Shown here piece by piece: positions 22,426 through 35,830 of a stretch of DNA of 64,000 nucleotides. Location: positions 4,276,502 to 4,340,501 of the forward strand of contig NC_068990.1 of the NCBI RefSeq assembly GCF_001194135.2. The letters are read 5' to 3'. This DNA is from Octopus bimaculoides. Taxonomy: Eukaryota. The number at the start of each line of letters is the position of its first letter. Position 1 is the first letter of the stretch. The notes beneath the pieces were generated by a model, which was given only the letters and a program-made list of their open reading frames with translations, ran no database searches and was not told the origin of the DNA. Position numbers and translations under genes: made by a program.

Positions 22426-24789
22426 GTTAAGAAACAAATATCTTGTCTATCTTACAATAAGCAGTCACCAAAATGTTCTTAAATGTTTTGTTGACTAAGT
22501 TTTCTGTTTATTAATATTTCTACTTTATACATTTCTTGACAATGTAATTTAAACAAGATTATTTTGTGGAAGATCTCATGCAATAATAAACTAAATAAAA
22601 AATCAGTCAGTTGGTAGATAAAAATATAACATATAAAGAATATAGTAAATTATTAAGATGACTGCAAGTATGGCTGCGTGGTTCAGAAGTTTTGCTTCAC
22701 AAATATATATGGTGTCTTGGGTTGGTGTCATGTACAAGAGCTTGGATGAACCAAACTTCTACCAGATTCTTTCGATTGCTTGTAGACTAATTTTACACAC
22801 ACACACACAGACACACACACTGTTCTAATACTAAAACTTCTAACTTTGAGTTCTGTATTTTAAGTGGCCTAATCATTTGACCATGTTCCTATGAATTTGT
22901 CATTCCCAGAAGTATAAATCTATATCTTTGTGTGTGTGTGTGTGTAGCAAAGCAATATTATTTAATTTTATCCTGATTACATTCAGTACCATTTTAAGGC
23001 ATGGGCACATTGGGAGGTTGCCCAAAGGTCTACAGGATGCTGTTAAAATAACCCTGGTTGCACCCTTCTACAGCCAGGTCAACTTTATCATTTGCTCATA
23101 AGTGGTCTCTCTCTCTCTGTCTCTAATATAAGCACCGAGGTCACTATAATCGATTCAAGGGGATGCTCCAGCATGATTGTCAAATGACTGGAACCAAAAA
23201 AAGAATGCAAAACTGTAACCTAATAAAATCTGGTTTAAATATAATGAAATATTTTCTCTCTCCATTTCGTTTCTTTTTAAAAGGAAGAAAACAAAACCCT
23301 GAGGAAATGGCCTGTCATAAATATATGTATAAATGCGCTGCGGTATTTAGTTTGGTATCACCATCCTAACTCAATATTTTTTACCAACCTGGAAAAGAGA
23401 TATCAATTACTATAGTTATGCAGGTAAAAGTGTACTTAATATGTAGAACCTTAAAAAGTAGATAAAAATATACAGCAAAAGAATAATATTAGTTGACATC
23501 TAATGTTAGTTTTCAACATTTCCAGTAAGTTCATGTGACAACTTTGTACTAGTTTTTACTTCAGTGAACATTATCAGCAGAAGTGAAAGGTCACCATAAT
23601 TTGTCAAGATAGCAGCAAATGAATTGGTAAATAAATATATGGAAATACAGATATCTATTGATGTAGAAAAAGTGTATTGTATGAAAAAGTTCAGTAATTA
23701 TGAGATATCATCCACACAGGAACAACATTTGAATAATTTATGATGATGATGATGTTACTGAATCAAGTAGAAACACTCTAGGAGTTGTCCCCTATACCTG
23801 CCAAAAATTAAAAACAATATTTTTCTCTCAATGCATCTTGATTTTAAATGTTCCACCTACTGAATATTCTTTCACCTCCTTAAAATTATTTACCAGACAT
23901 CAGAATTATTAAACTTTTTCAAGCTAATTACTTATAATAATGCTAATAGGTTCCTCAAAAATGACAAATTTAAATATTAAAACAATTACTATTCTGAAAG
24001 ATAAGTCAAATTTTATTTTGAAAAGTTAACTGATTGTGAGTTGATGGTCATAAGGTCAAACATTACTACAACTCTTTTCTTGTACACATGAAGAAGACAT
24101 TTATCTATAGCATGCCTCAGTTCACCAGACTGATAACAAATTTACTCAACTGTTAAATATAATTTCTCAAAAAATCTTTCTTTTCTTTCTAAGCAAACTA
24201 ATATTAACTTGTTTGCTTTATAGGTTTTAGTGAAATTAATAACGACTCTTTTTCATTAAGCTTGTTTAATTTGCCATAGCATTTTATATTAGATGAATCT
24301 ATAAACACATGCCAGTGTCATTGGAGCAATTCCGCATGATCATTACAGTTCAATGCTTGCCATATAGCCAATAATTGTATTATTATTTCATTAAAGTCTT
24401 TTGTTTACTAATACATTTGGAGATTGCACAATATCATTTCTGAATCAATGAAATGTTACAAATTGATTGAGCATGTTGAAAATGCTTTCTCTTTGTTAAT
24501 AATTGCAATTAGTGGACAACATGTGATATAAATTACGAAACAAAACATGTTTAATCATTAGACTCTTTTTCAAATTACCTCTTATATTATATTTTAACTA
24601 AAACAGTGTCATTTAAAATATTGGGTTATGTAAACCTTGCAAATCAGAAGAAAGAATAAAGTGAATTTATTTTAAATTTTGACTTTATCGAGGTCTGAAC
24701 ATTAATAGCGAATCATAAAAGTTTCGAATTTTTATGTTGAAATATTGAAGAAATTACCTTTTTATTTTTTTATTTTTTTATTTTTTTTT

Positions 24790-24809
24790 AAAAATTTTTA
24801 TTATTATTA

Positions 24810-24877
<68 letters not shown>

Positions 24878-24902
24878 AATAATAATAATAATAAGAAGAA
24901 GA
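24790..24902. repeat. Compound (TTA)n-(TAA)n-(GAA)n microsatellite
   Basis: Direct reading. The strand switch is centred at 24874/24875. Confidence 0.95.
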
Positions 24903-25135
24903 AGGCAGTGAGCTGGCAGAATTGTTAGTATCCTGGATGAAATGCTTAGCAACATTTCACCTGGCACTACATTCTGAGTTCAAATTTCGCCAAGGTCAAC
25001 TTTGCATTTCATCCTTTCGTGGTCGATAATTTAAGTACCAGTAAAACACTAGGTTGATGTAATCGATTAGTCTCCTCCCCTCAAATTTCTGGCCTTTTGC
25101 CTATAGTAGAAAGGTTTATTATTATTATTATTATT
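24902..25135 (+). mobile_element. tRNA-derived SINE family C with (ATT)n tail
   Basis: ggcagtgagctggcagaattg...ttctgagttcaaatttcgccaaggtcaactttgcatttcatcctttcgtggtcgataatttaagtaccag...cctatagtagaaagg(ttt att)n. Confidence 0.85.
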
Positions 25136-25683
25136 GAGTGAGAGAGCAGTACATGCCATCAAAGTGACACTGGGGTAAAATGTACAAAGCCCAGTATACC
25201 CATCATGACTACTCGTCTGATAAGGGTACACCAGGCACATGCATCACAACCATATGTGTGTGATATGGTGATCTCATATCAAGATTAATAGTGCATGACC
25301 TTGTAAGTGGAGCCCAGTTAGAATTTTCTTCAGGTCGGGTAGCCCATCTTGCTCAAAAGGTCCCTGAATAAGGGTTGTTTAAGGATGTTGGACGAAACAC
25401 CCATGTTTCCAGAGGTGAATTATTCAAACGCCAAAGAATTCCTCTCAACACATGGATATGATGCTCCCCCACTACTTCTGCTCATGATCAGAGATACACA
25501 TATCTTCAGCCACTAAGGGACATACTCAACTGGTTATGGTCGAACAACTGACATGCAAATCTGGTATTGAGCAGAATATTTGCTGTAGCCCATCTTTTAT
25601 GCCAAGACAAAACACTGTACATGATAACACTTCCAATCAGTTAAGCTGAAAAGCAATGAAAGCCTGGTACTGCATCAGCGCGT

Positions 25684-25684
<1 letters not shown>
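25136..25684 (-). mobile_element. Interspersed repeat embedded in (ATT)n on both sides
   Basis: A block of about 550 bp, more GC-rich than its flanks and bounded by ATT repeats at both ends. Recalled as an abundant octopus repeat. The context resembles TAA-repeat-targeting non-LTR elements (Dong/R4-like), which is inference. Confidence 0.5.
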
Positions 25685-25820
<136 letters not shown>

Positions 25821-26367
25821 TGCAGTGTAGTTGGTTTCATAATTCTTTAATAGTTTTATTTTCATTTTAGAGTCTTTTATTATTTTACTAGATTCTCACA
25901 ATAGGGGATTGGCAGAATAATTTTGGCATAGAAAAAAATTTGCTTTGTGGCACTTGTTTTGACTTCTTACATCTTGGTTTCAAATTCTGCCAAAATCAAC
26001 TTTTGCCTTTCAAAATTAAGTTGCTTCAAATTACTGGGGCTGAATTAGTTGCCAAACCTCTCTGCTCAAGATTGCAAACCTTGTTGCCTAAGTTAGAGCC
26101 AATTAGTTTACAGGTGCCTCATCGAACTATGAACTCACTCTCTTGGTAAGGCCTTCTTCAAGGGCTTTCAGCAATTGTATCAGTCCCAGTACTTATTTTA
26201 GGCTGCTTCTTATTTTATTAATTTGATTTATTGATTGGCTGTATTACCTTTTGGTGTATTTCAGCATTTCATTTTACATTAATATACACAAATGCAGAAA
26301 TACTCACACACACACATTTTGTTTGAGACTATAGAACAGACTTCAACCAGCATTTAGATAAATAAAA

Positions 26368-27556
26368 AGCCCCAGGATTGTCACTGTAAATGTTGGCACA
26401 ATGGAAGGTAAGTCAAGTATGGAGATGCTCATGTGATACAGACTATGTGCCTACTACTTACCAAAGAGGAGATGGAAATCCTGAGCCAGATTCCTTATAG
26501 GTAAAAATCATGTCAAACCATCCAACCTATACCATGGGTTGGATGGTTTGATGATGATGATGATGGCAACTCTATGTATTCCTAGAGTGCATGGTGACTA
26601 GGGATTTGGTACAAGGAATGGAGAGGGATCAAAGCTCTTGGAGTTTTGTGACCTAAATGACCTAATTCTCTGCAAAACTAACTTTAAGAAGAAAACCAAC
26701 CTTGATCACCCACCAATAAGAAACACGAGCAAGCCAGGCAGACTTCACAGACTTCACACTCATCAGAAAATATAAATGAAAAATTGTGAATACCTAAAGA
26801 AAGGTATATTATCCAACAGAGACTAATGATCAGTAACTTCAGTGTAAGAGTTAAGCAAATCATAGTTACAAATCATGGATATGAATCAAACTGAAGAAAG
26901 GTATAGAAACTGGAAAATCCTTCCACTAAACACAGAGATTCTATGTGATGTATACAACGAGGAGGAAAAGGTGATGCCAATTATAGCACAGAAAAAAAAA
27001 ATTGGAGTTCATACAAGGCAACCAGCTGCTGCTAACAAATACGAACTGAATTTGAAACAAGGTACCACTTGAACAAAACTGAAATGGTGGTGGAATAGGA
27101 CTACTGCTGGAGTTATTAAAGCAAAAAAGAAAAGGCTGGAAAGACTTGGAAAAACTGGTAAGTAAAGAGCAAGTCATGGAGCTAGAAGGGAGAGCAGATG
27201 TCAGGTTTACTTTGTACAGAAAGAGAAGCTGAAAGCAATGTGATGAGAAGATCAGTGGTGTGAGATGTTCCACTTTGCAAAGTATGTGACAACGTTAATC
27301 AAGATCTCATTGTGAAAAAGTGTCTTTAAAATGACGATGGTACATTTACTATTACTGAAAAGAAAGAGGTTTGGAAATGTTATTACGAAAGGTTACTGTG
27401 CATGGAAAATGTTAGGATGGAAGGTCAACCCCCATAAATACAAAAGTTAAAATAGCCATTAAGGATGTGAAAGTGAAGAAAGCTTTCGGATTAACAGAGA
27501 TAATCACTGAGATGCTTAAAATTTCTGGTGAAGTAGGGCTCATAGTAATTACTCAT
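26368..27556 (+). mobile_element. Decayed RTE LINE, 5' part (endonuclease to start of RT)
   Basis: Fragments PRIVTVNVGTMEG, GFGTRNGEGSKLLEFCDLNDLILCKTNFKK, KWWWNRTT, KEVWKCYYERLL and VKIAIKDVK.KKAFGLTEIITEMLKISGEVG, in RTE ORF order with many lesions. Confidence 0.8.
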
Positions 27557-27562
27557 GTTCTT

Positions 27563-27788
27563 TAATCTTTTTACTTCTTTTACTTGTTTCAGTCATTAGA
27601 CTACAGCCATGCTGGAGCACCACCTTCAAGAATTTTAGCCAAACAAATTGACTCCAGAACTTAGTTTTTTTAAGCCTGGTACTTATTTTATCGATCTCTT
27701 TTGTCAAACTACTCACTTATGGGTATGTAAACATGTCAAGTGGTGGTGGGGACAAATACAGACCCAAAGACTCACACATATACATATA
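27563..27788 (-). mobile_element. SINE family B, 3' half
   Basis: cttttacttgtttcagtcattagactacagccatgctggagcaccacc...cctggtacttattttatcgatctcttttg is the reverse complement of the family B tail. Confidence 0.8.
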
Positions 27789-27790
27789 TA

Positions 27791-28028
27791 CAGGGTTGGC
27801 CAAAAGTCACCTGACAGTAACTCAAAATTCCATAAATACTTAATATTCAATTTTATTTATTCATTCCAATTATGAATGTTTAATAATTGAATACTGTGAG
27901 TTAAAATCAGTTTTTTTTTTCAACATTTGTTTGTTTATTAGCGAAGTCTCATATGAAATAATTTTTTGTTTTAATCTTGGAATTGAATGGTTTTTGATTT
28001 ACTGTCAGGTGACTTTTGGCCAACCCTG
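27791..28028. mobile_element. Young Tc1/mariner-type MITE (238 bp)
   Basis: Perfect 30-bp TIR cagggttggccaaaagtcacctgacagtaa (27791-27820) / 27999-28028, with TA on both sides. Confidence 0.92.
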
Positions 28029-30194
28029 TATACACACATACACATATATGACTATGCCTGAGCCTGTTGACATGTTAAAAGTATTTGCATAATTATGAGA
28101 TTTGTTTTGTGTCAGGATTCACAGTACAAATTGATTCATAACATTCATTAAAAAGATTATGTATTTAGTCTGTTCTATACATACTAAAATTCAAAAAAAA
28201 TTTTTGTTGAGTAAAAATATTTTCAACTCTGTTTCTTTGTAATTTAAGAATGAAACTTAATTTTCTAACATTAAGCTCATAAAAATTTTTCACGTTTTTC
28301 TTTCAATTCTTGGATTTACAATAATTTTACTTTGAATTCATACAGATGACATAGGAAAGCTAAGTATGTCATCCATTGCCGAACATAAGGGGAAGAATTT
28401 ACAAAGTATTTAGATAATTTTATAATATTAAACAATAGATTAACTTAAGAGGAATATCAGCATTCTTTAATAGCAATGTTACGAAGGAAATAGTAATCTT
28501 TACATTATATTCTGTAACAATAATTGAATTTTGTTCTTTGTCAAAGTACTTTGTTTCCATTTGTCTCTATGTTATAGACACTGTTATATTACAAACTAAA
28601 GATAACATTTATGGTAATTAATGTGAGAATGAAGAAATAAAGAAATATTCTTTGAATCAGAATCAAACTATTTTACTATTTATAAATTCAGTAAAATACC
28701 TGCTTATAAAATCAGCACAGCTATAACTTTTAACTCTTATTTTTAAATGACTTAACAAAAGGAGAAAGGGTAGTGTGCATGATTCCTTTTTCAGGGACTA
28801 AGCTACCCTTATATCAGAGACTTGGCCCCAATACTTAAACAAAATAGGTTCTGTTAAATGCATCCAAAAAACAGAAGCAATGGTCCTTTTGAATGGTTTC
28901 CACACAAATTTCACTCACAAGGCCTTGCTTTCATAATTTATATGAAGTTTATTTATTGAGAATGATGATATGTGAAGTTACTTTTTACCTGAACTGACTT
29001 TGTCTCCTATTGTTTGATTCCCATCTATGATGCTATTCTCTTTAAGAGACAGATACTTTGAGCAATAGCTGAATACATTTCAGAATGCAATTTTGGTGTG
29101 TTATTTCATCACAAAATTTATTGATTTTAGTTTCCTATTAAAATATTTCACATTTTATGGCTGTTTACTTAATCTTTGACTTTCCATTCAATACGGCATA
29201 ACTTTGTAAAATGTCTTGTCTAGCACATTTATCTACTGCTACTACAGTTTGTATATAGAATGATCTATTTGCTGAAAGAACTTAAAAGAACAATGCAATT
29301 TTGAAAATTGCTAACTTCCTTAGAAAATACAAATTACAAATTACAACAATGATAATTTTTTCAAATCTTAGGCTATATTATTTCAGCACCTAATTAAAAA
29401 TTGCCATTTTACTAATATCTAATCATATTTAGATAATTTTATTTCTATTAGTTGATTTAATATATTAGACTTTAAACATATTTGTTTTCAAATACAGCGG
29501 AAATATTAACACACAAATAGCAGAGTAAACAAATGTTCAATTTTGTAGATGAGCTCAAATCTGGAAGTGTCACATAAAGAATGACAGTATTAGCACATAA
29601 TCCCAAATAATGGATGTTTTTAAAGGAATTCACTTTATTCCTCATATTTGATTTCCAAGTAAACCGAATGATACTGGTTTTAATGATTAATCATTTAAAT
29701 ATGATGGGACCAAATCTTCTTGCTAATAACTTACAGTTTAGAATTATTCAATATCAATAGATTCCCCTCTTTGCATCTCATCAAACTGATATAAAGCCGA
29801 TTAGTTAAATAGGTAAACATTTTAAAACACTGTTTGATGTTAGGTTATCTCTATTCCTGCAAACTACCCGCCTATTTCAACAATTAGACTGCGGATTAAA
29901 CCACAGATTATAGATTTATCATTTTGTCATTCAAATCAGAGAGGTAGAGTAAATTGTTAAAGGCTTAATAACAGTCTATGGAAACACCGAAGCAGCAGCA
30001 AAATGCAAGTCCATTTCCCTCTTACAAATTGTAGGTGATTCATGAATCCTTTTATAATAGAATATCCTTCATTACATAATATTTATGGAATTACTACTTC
30101 TCAAATACTGGTCCAAAATTTTTGTCTTCTATTTGCAGAGTTGATTACAAGTGAAAGGGTTCTTTTTTGTTCAGAACATAATTCTTCTGGTATG

Positions 30195-30244
<50 letters not shown>

Positions 30245-30380
30245 GAAGGCATGGTCAGAGTGTTGGGCTCACACTCATGAGGCAGTGAGTTTGATTCCTG
30301 GACCAGGCTTTGTGTTGTGTTCTTGAGCAAGATATTTTATTTCATGCTTCTCCAGTGTACTCAGCTGTAGAAATGAGGGG
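30245..30380 (+). mobile_element. tRNA-SINE head, truncated by a gap
   Basis: tgaaggcatgg...gtgagtttgattcctggacc (B-box-like)...tgtgttcttgagcaag...cagctgtagaaatgag. Confidence 0.6.
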
Positions 30381-30880
30381 AAANNNNNNNNNNNNNNNNN
30401 NNNNNNNNNNNNNNNNNNNNNNNNNNNNNNNNNNNNNNNNNNNNNNNNNNNNNNNNNNNNNNNNNNNNNNNNNNNNNNNNNNNNNNNNNNNNNNNNNNNN
30501 NNNNNNNNNNNNNNNNNNNNNNNNNNNNNNNNNNNNNNNNNNNNNNNNNNNNNNNNNNNNNNNNNNNNNNNNNNNNNNNNNNNNNNNNNNNNNNNNNNNN
30601 NNNNNNNNNNNNNNNNNNNNNNNNNNNNNNNNNNNNNNNNNNNNATATATGTATATATATATATATATATATATACAATATTGGCATTTACTTTGAATTT
30701 TTATATATATATTACTTGTGAATTAGAGAAAACCTGAAATAGTGTGTTTCACATTAAAAAGCAATGCTTCTGTCCTTGCAAGCTCCCAGCCAACTTCTAA
30801 TATCTCAAAGTTAATCTATCAGAGATGATCACTCTCTTATTGTCATCTTATTTCCTGAGTCATTGAAGGAGACTCTACAT

Positions 30881-31070
30881 CAATTGTTCTCAAGTGGGTT
30901 CATATGAACCTTGGGGGTCCATATCAGATTTTGCTTATGGGCTATTTTTGACACTCATCTTATGCAATTCCTAATAAAAATTTTTTTAAATGCTGAATGG
31001 CTGTGGAGATCCATTTGAGGGAAACGGGAATCATGGTGGTCCATAGGCAAAAAATAGTTGAGAACCACTG
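30881..31070. mobile_element. hAT (Charlie-like) MITE
   Basis: Termini caattgttctcaa / ttgagaaccactg with degenerate 8-bp TSD ctctacat (30873-30880) / ttctatat (31071-31078). Confidence 0.7.
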
Positions 31071-32228
31071 TTCTATATGGTCACTCAGTTTGCTAGACAT
31101 AGCAGCCAAATATGCCTCAAATCATGTTGCTGTTTTACAGTGTTAAATACATGTTGATAGCATAGACCTGTACACTCTTTGCTTGAAATAGGTGGGTTTG
31201 GGCAGATATCATATGCAAATTGATAGTTCAGAGGTAAAAGCGAATGGTGATGGAAAGGACCAACAGAAGAAACATCACACTTGTGTGTCAGATGGAGAGC
31301 AATTGTGAATCAATCTCTGGATGGCATTTTATTCAGTGGTGGTAGTGAAGTGATCTAGAATGTTTGTTTGCAGTGTAGTAGAACAATCCCAGATACAGTG
31401 CTGGATTTAGACTTAGTGAGGCCTTAAGAGACATTTCATTCAAAAAACTTACAGCAGGCCTCACAAAAACTGAAATCATATATGACTTGTAATTATTTTG
31501 AGATCCTTTCAGACTGTGAAGCCCTTAGCTGTAGCCTGTTTGGTTTTTGCCTAAACCTGGCTCCGACGAAATATATGAGGAGTACTCTAATGTGGGTTGC
31601 AAGATGTGTTTTGAAGTGGGTCAGAAACAGATCAGAGCTGAAGTATTTTTTAGTCCCAAAAAGAGAAAATGCATTTGTGATAATGTTATATCTTTCTTTC
31701 TATATGATATTGAAACAATATTTTATGCATAAACAATCTTTCTTTTGGGAATAAAACAAAAATGATCAGACAATCTTCCAGGCTTTAAAGCAAAGCAAAA
31801 ACAGCAGCTCACCCAACTTGGATTGCATGCATGTTCAGTTATAATATCAACATTTAACACTTGACCAGTATGTAGAATGCTGATAATTAATTGTTACTAT
31901 TATCATTAAACAGATGCTTTGATTTTCTCAAGATTAAGCTCCACAAATACAATATTTCTGTTTTTACACACACACATACACACACAATGATGAATGTCCA
32001 AAATGTCAAAGACATTCCTTTTCTTTAATCCAAGTGTTAAACTAAGAACTTATTCATTACATTGTGCTCCTTCTGAGTGTTGTTTTTTACTGCTTTAATT
32101 TATTTTTTATTTTTGCATTGTGTGTGTGTGTGTGTGCGTGCTCATACATATGCANNNNNNNNNNGCCGCCCCAATCTCTGCTTGTTTCAGCAGTGAATGC
32201 TCCATTTGTTCAGTCAATGAAACGATTG

Positions 32229-32417
32229 ATGAGGGAGTGCTGAAAAGTTCCTGACTTTGGGTAAAAGAAAATATAGAAGGATCAGTTAATTGTGATCTTA
32301 TTCAACATATTCCCCTCTTATTGCAGTGGTCCTTCAGTTTGTAAAAGTCCTGTTAAAGAATTTGGAAGGCCTTTTGCATTACCCTTAAAACCAGGAACTT
32401 TTCAGCATTCCTTCATA
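32229..32417. mobile_element. Mariner-derived MITE
   Basis: Imperfect TIRs atgagggagtgctgaaaagttcctg / caggaacttttcagcattccttcat. The aaaagttcc motif is shared with the mariner end at 15641. Confidence 0.8.
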
Positions 32418-35400
32418 CTCTTTGAGTTAGAATGTAAGTTGCTGTATTTCACAGACACATGTCCTTTTAAGGTAATTCCTAGGGGTAATCTCTGTGACAG
32501 TGTGTGACAAGACTGGCTCCTTGATTGACAAATACAATCCATTGGAGGAGCTTCTAAACTGTTCCCATATATGGCAAATGTCTTTTGCCAGAGCCTCAGG
32601 TGAACTCATGCTTTCTGAGTGAAATTCAGTTGCTGTAAACCTAAGCATCTCAAACTTAATGATTGCAAAACAAACCTCTTAACCATTTGTTCATGCCTGA
32701 GTTTGTATATCTGTCTACCAATCTATACGTATATGCATGTAGATTGATGGATAGATAGATACCACCACCACCAACACCACCACAACCATTCTGATATGTA
32801 AAAGAAGCAATCTAGTATTAATGATTCCATGTATATATGAAAATTTGTTATGATTATTGTGTCATTTTCACTTGATCTCACCTCCACTAGGATTTTAAAT
32901 CAAGCATTAGACTTAGAAGAATGGATGGGAGAATAAATTCACAGTGCCTATTTAAGCAATGTGTTTATGAACCNNNNNNNNNNAAAATATGGAATATACA
33001 CCTATTACCCTTTTTTCATGTTTGAACCCATTATTTACTTACACCTGACATCTCGGTTATGAAATGTAACAAAAATCAATGCTGGCTATAATTTCTATAG
33101 AATATCTGTGGAGGCAACCTTAACAAGTGATGTAAATCACACTGCTAACGCAGTAGAACATGGTATTGACTTACAAAAACGTTTAATGTACTTTATAGTA
33201 TATCATGGTTGCATAACAAAATACCACGTATTTATACGTCATTAATAGTCTCAATGGTGTCTAACCATGAAACACAGGAAGTAGTGGTCAGCAATCCTTA
33301 TCAAAATACTAAAATAATGGATACTAGATGATGTTATAGCACTTCTTGTATTTATATTTTCATCATTATCATTCTTTTAACTACAATAAATTTCATTTAC
33401 CAATGTAATAATAAATATTTCTTCCATTGGTATGTAGTGATAAATTTTGAGGTGGAGTACAGTCAACTGAAGTCAAAAACTCATATTTGACTTCTTCCTA
33501 GTTTAATAAACTTCAGAAACATAAGAAGCTGAGTTACTCTTGGAGTAACTTGTATTCAGAACATAACTAAATAGCACAAGGCATGTTGCCCAATACCCTA
33601 ATGATTTGCCATCCACTATCCTTATAAACCCCTAAAGACACCCTTCAAAATTGAGAGTCATGGTGCAAAATAAAAAGGTAAGAGCTAAAATTGCTCATGG
33701 ACAGGATGATAGAATGATTGCCATATGCAACACTTGCATCCATTAGTAATGGATAAGTAAATGACTTCATGCAGAAATGCAATAAAGAAATCTGCAGCAG
33801 ATTAAAACTTAAAATCAGTTAGTAGGTAGTTCTATCACCTCTGTGCGACTATCTCTCTTCTCTGTATTTGCTCAGTAGCTGAGCCACGTATGAACCAATC
33901 ATTATTGCTGAGCTGTAGTTGTTGTAACTATTAACTAATATTTTCAGTTGCAATTTTACCAAGAAATTTTTTCAAGTGAAATTATATTTTTGCTTTCACA
34001 TTTCCACATTTCTCTAACTGATTCTATCAACACAGAAACACAGTAGCTGGTGAGCGCTTCTGGTAATGTCTTATCAGGAATTCAAAAACTGTTTCCAGAA
34101 CTTAAATAATGTGTATTTGAAAGAGAAAGAGAGAGAGAGAGAGAGAGAGGTAATATTGATAACCACAGATTTTCTGATAGCTGGACTTGATGCTTCTTCA
34201 AGATATTTTGCTACTTTTTAAAATATCATTACTTACATTACATAATGTATGACCCAGAAGAAAAAGAAGAACATATTGAGGTGTTATCATTCTTTTTCCT
34301 GAAATATATCAGCATCTGTCCAGTAAAAATACCAAGTATCATATATTATTTTATATAGTGATGCTTATCTAAGAAGTAAGCTGACAGATATTGTACTTTT
34401 AGTTTGAAATATTCATCATATGAGTAACTGTATTTCTTTCAACTTCAATTCATCCAAACTCTACAATAAACATTTTTCTCCAATCATTCCACTCTAGAAT
34501 GCATACCATTGAAATTCTTTCCTTCTTTATATTTTTCCTACACACATCAACATACAAATATTGAATCTCATCATCAACTGTATTGATCTCACCCATTCAG
34601 GAAGGTTTGCTAAGATTAAAGGAATATCTGTTGTGTAGCTATATCTTCTATAAATACCAGAGTGTGATAATTATTGCAGGCCAAGGAATAGAAAATTTAT
34701 CATCATTAATGACATGCTAAAGTCTGGTTTAGCTTGTGTTATACAAACAAATTAGGCAGAGAATCTCTGTTAAGAACTAATTAAGGTATTCCTTCTATTA
34801 ATTGATATAAGAATGATCTTGGTTGTTTGTGCAAAAACCACAGAGAAAATTTGAAGCCTATTATATAAGCCTTTATGATACAAAACAAAAGTTAAGACAG
34901 AGGAAAATATTACAGATAATAAATATACTACTTTTATTCATGTTTTCCCAATTATCAATCCTAAAAATAAAATTAGGGATTTGTATTGCATGCAAGAACT
35001 TAATGTTACCCTTTTTTACATAGGTCATATGTGTGATCATGTTTGGAATGGCAACATTGAAAGTTAGCTATGTCTATTCTTCAAGTAAACAGATGTATAA
35101 GCAAGTGTAAGAATTTAAAGCACGATAATAACATGACATTTTTTCAATGATTATGATAACGGGTTAAATGTTCATTATATTTTATAAATATTCATATATC
35201 AGAGATTACTGAACAAAGTTGTTTATAGGCACATCAAAATGGAAAGATTTAAAAAGGCAAAATGTATTTAGTTTCTTTTTATATACAGCTATGTATTCTA
35301 ATTTTGGAACAAGAACATATACTTCTTAAAATCTGTGTTTCAATAACCGACTATAAACACATAACACAAAAGTGTTCTGGGTGTAACCATCCAGTTAATA

Positions 35401-35531
35401 TATTTAATATATGGGCAATATAGATAATTTAATATGATGTTAAAATTGCTTAATATCTATGCAATTTATATAAAAATATTCCCTTTTATTTTATTGAATA
35501 ACTCTAACGTGATACTAAACAATATACCATT

Positions 35532-35830
35532 ATCATCATCATCATCATTTAACATTCATTTTCCATGTTGGCATGGGTGAGATGGCTTGACAGAAACTGG
35601 CAAGATCAGGACCACATCAAGTTCCATGATTTGTTTTGGTTTTGGTTTCTACAACTGGATGCCCTTCCTAATGCCAACCACTTTACAACATGCACTGGGT
35701 GCTTTTTACTTGGCACCATCACTAGTGCTTTTTACATGGCACCAGCACTGCTGCATTTTGTGCAACACCAGTGCCAGTGTTTTTCATGTCGCACCAGCAC
35801 CAACACCAATGCTTTTTACATGGCACCTTG
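35532..35830 (-). mobile_element. Family A copy
   Basis: (CAT)n, catgttggcatggg, ctggatgcccttcctaatgccaacc and short gcttttacatggcacca repeats. Confidence 0.8.
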
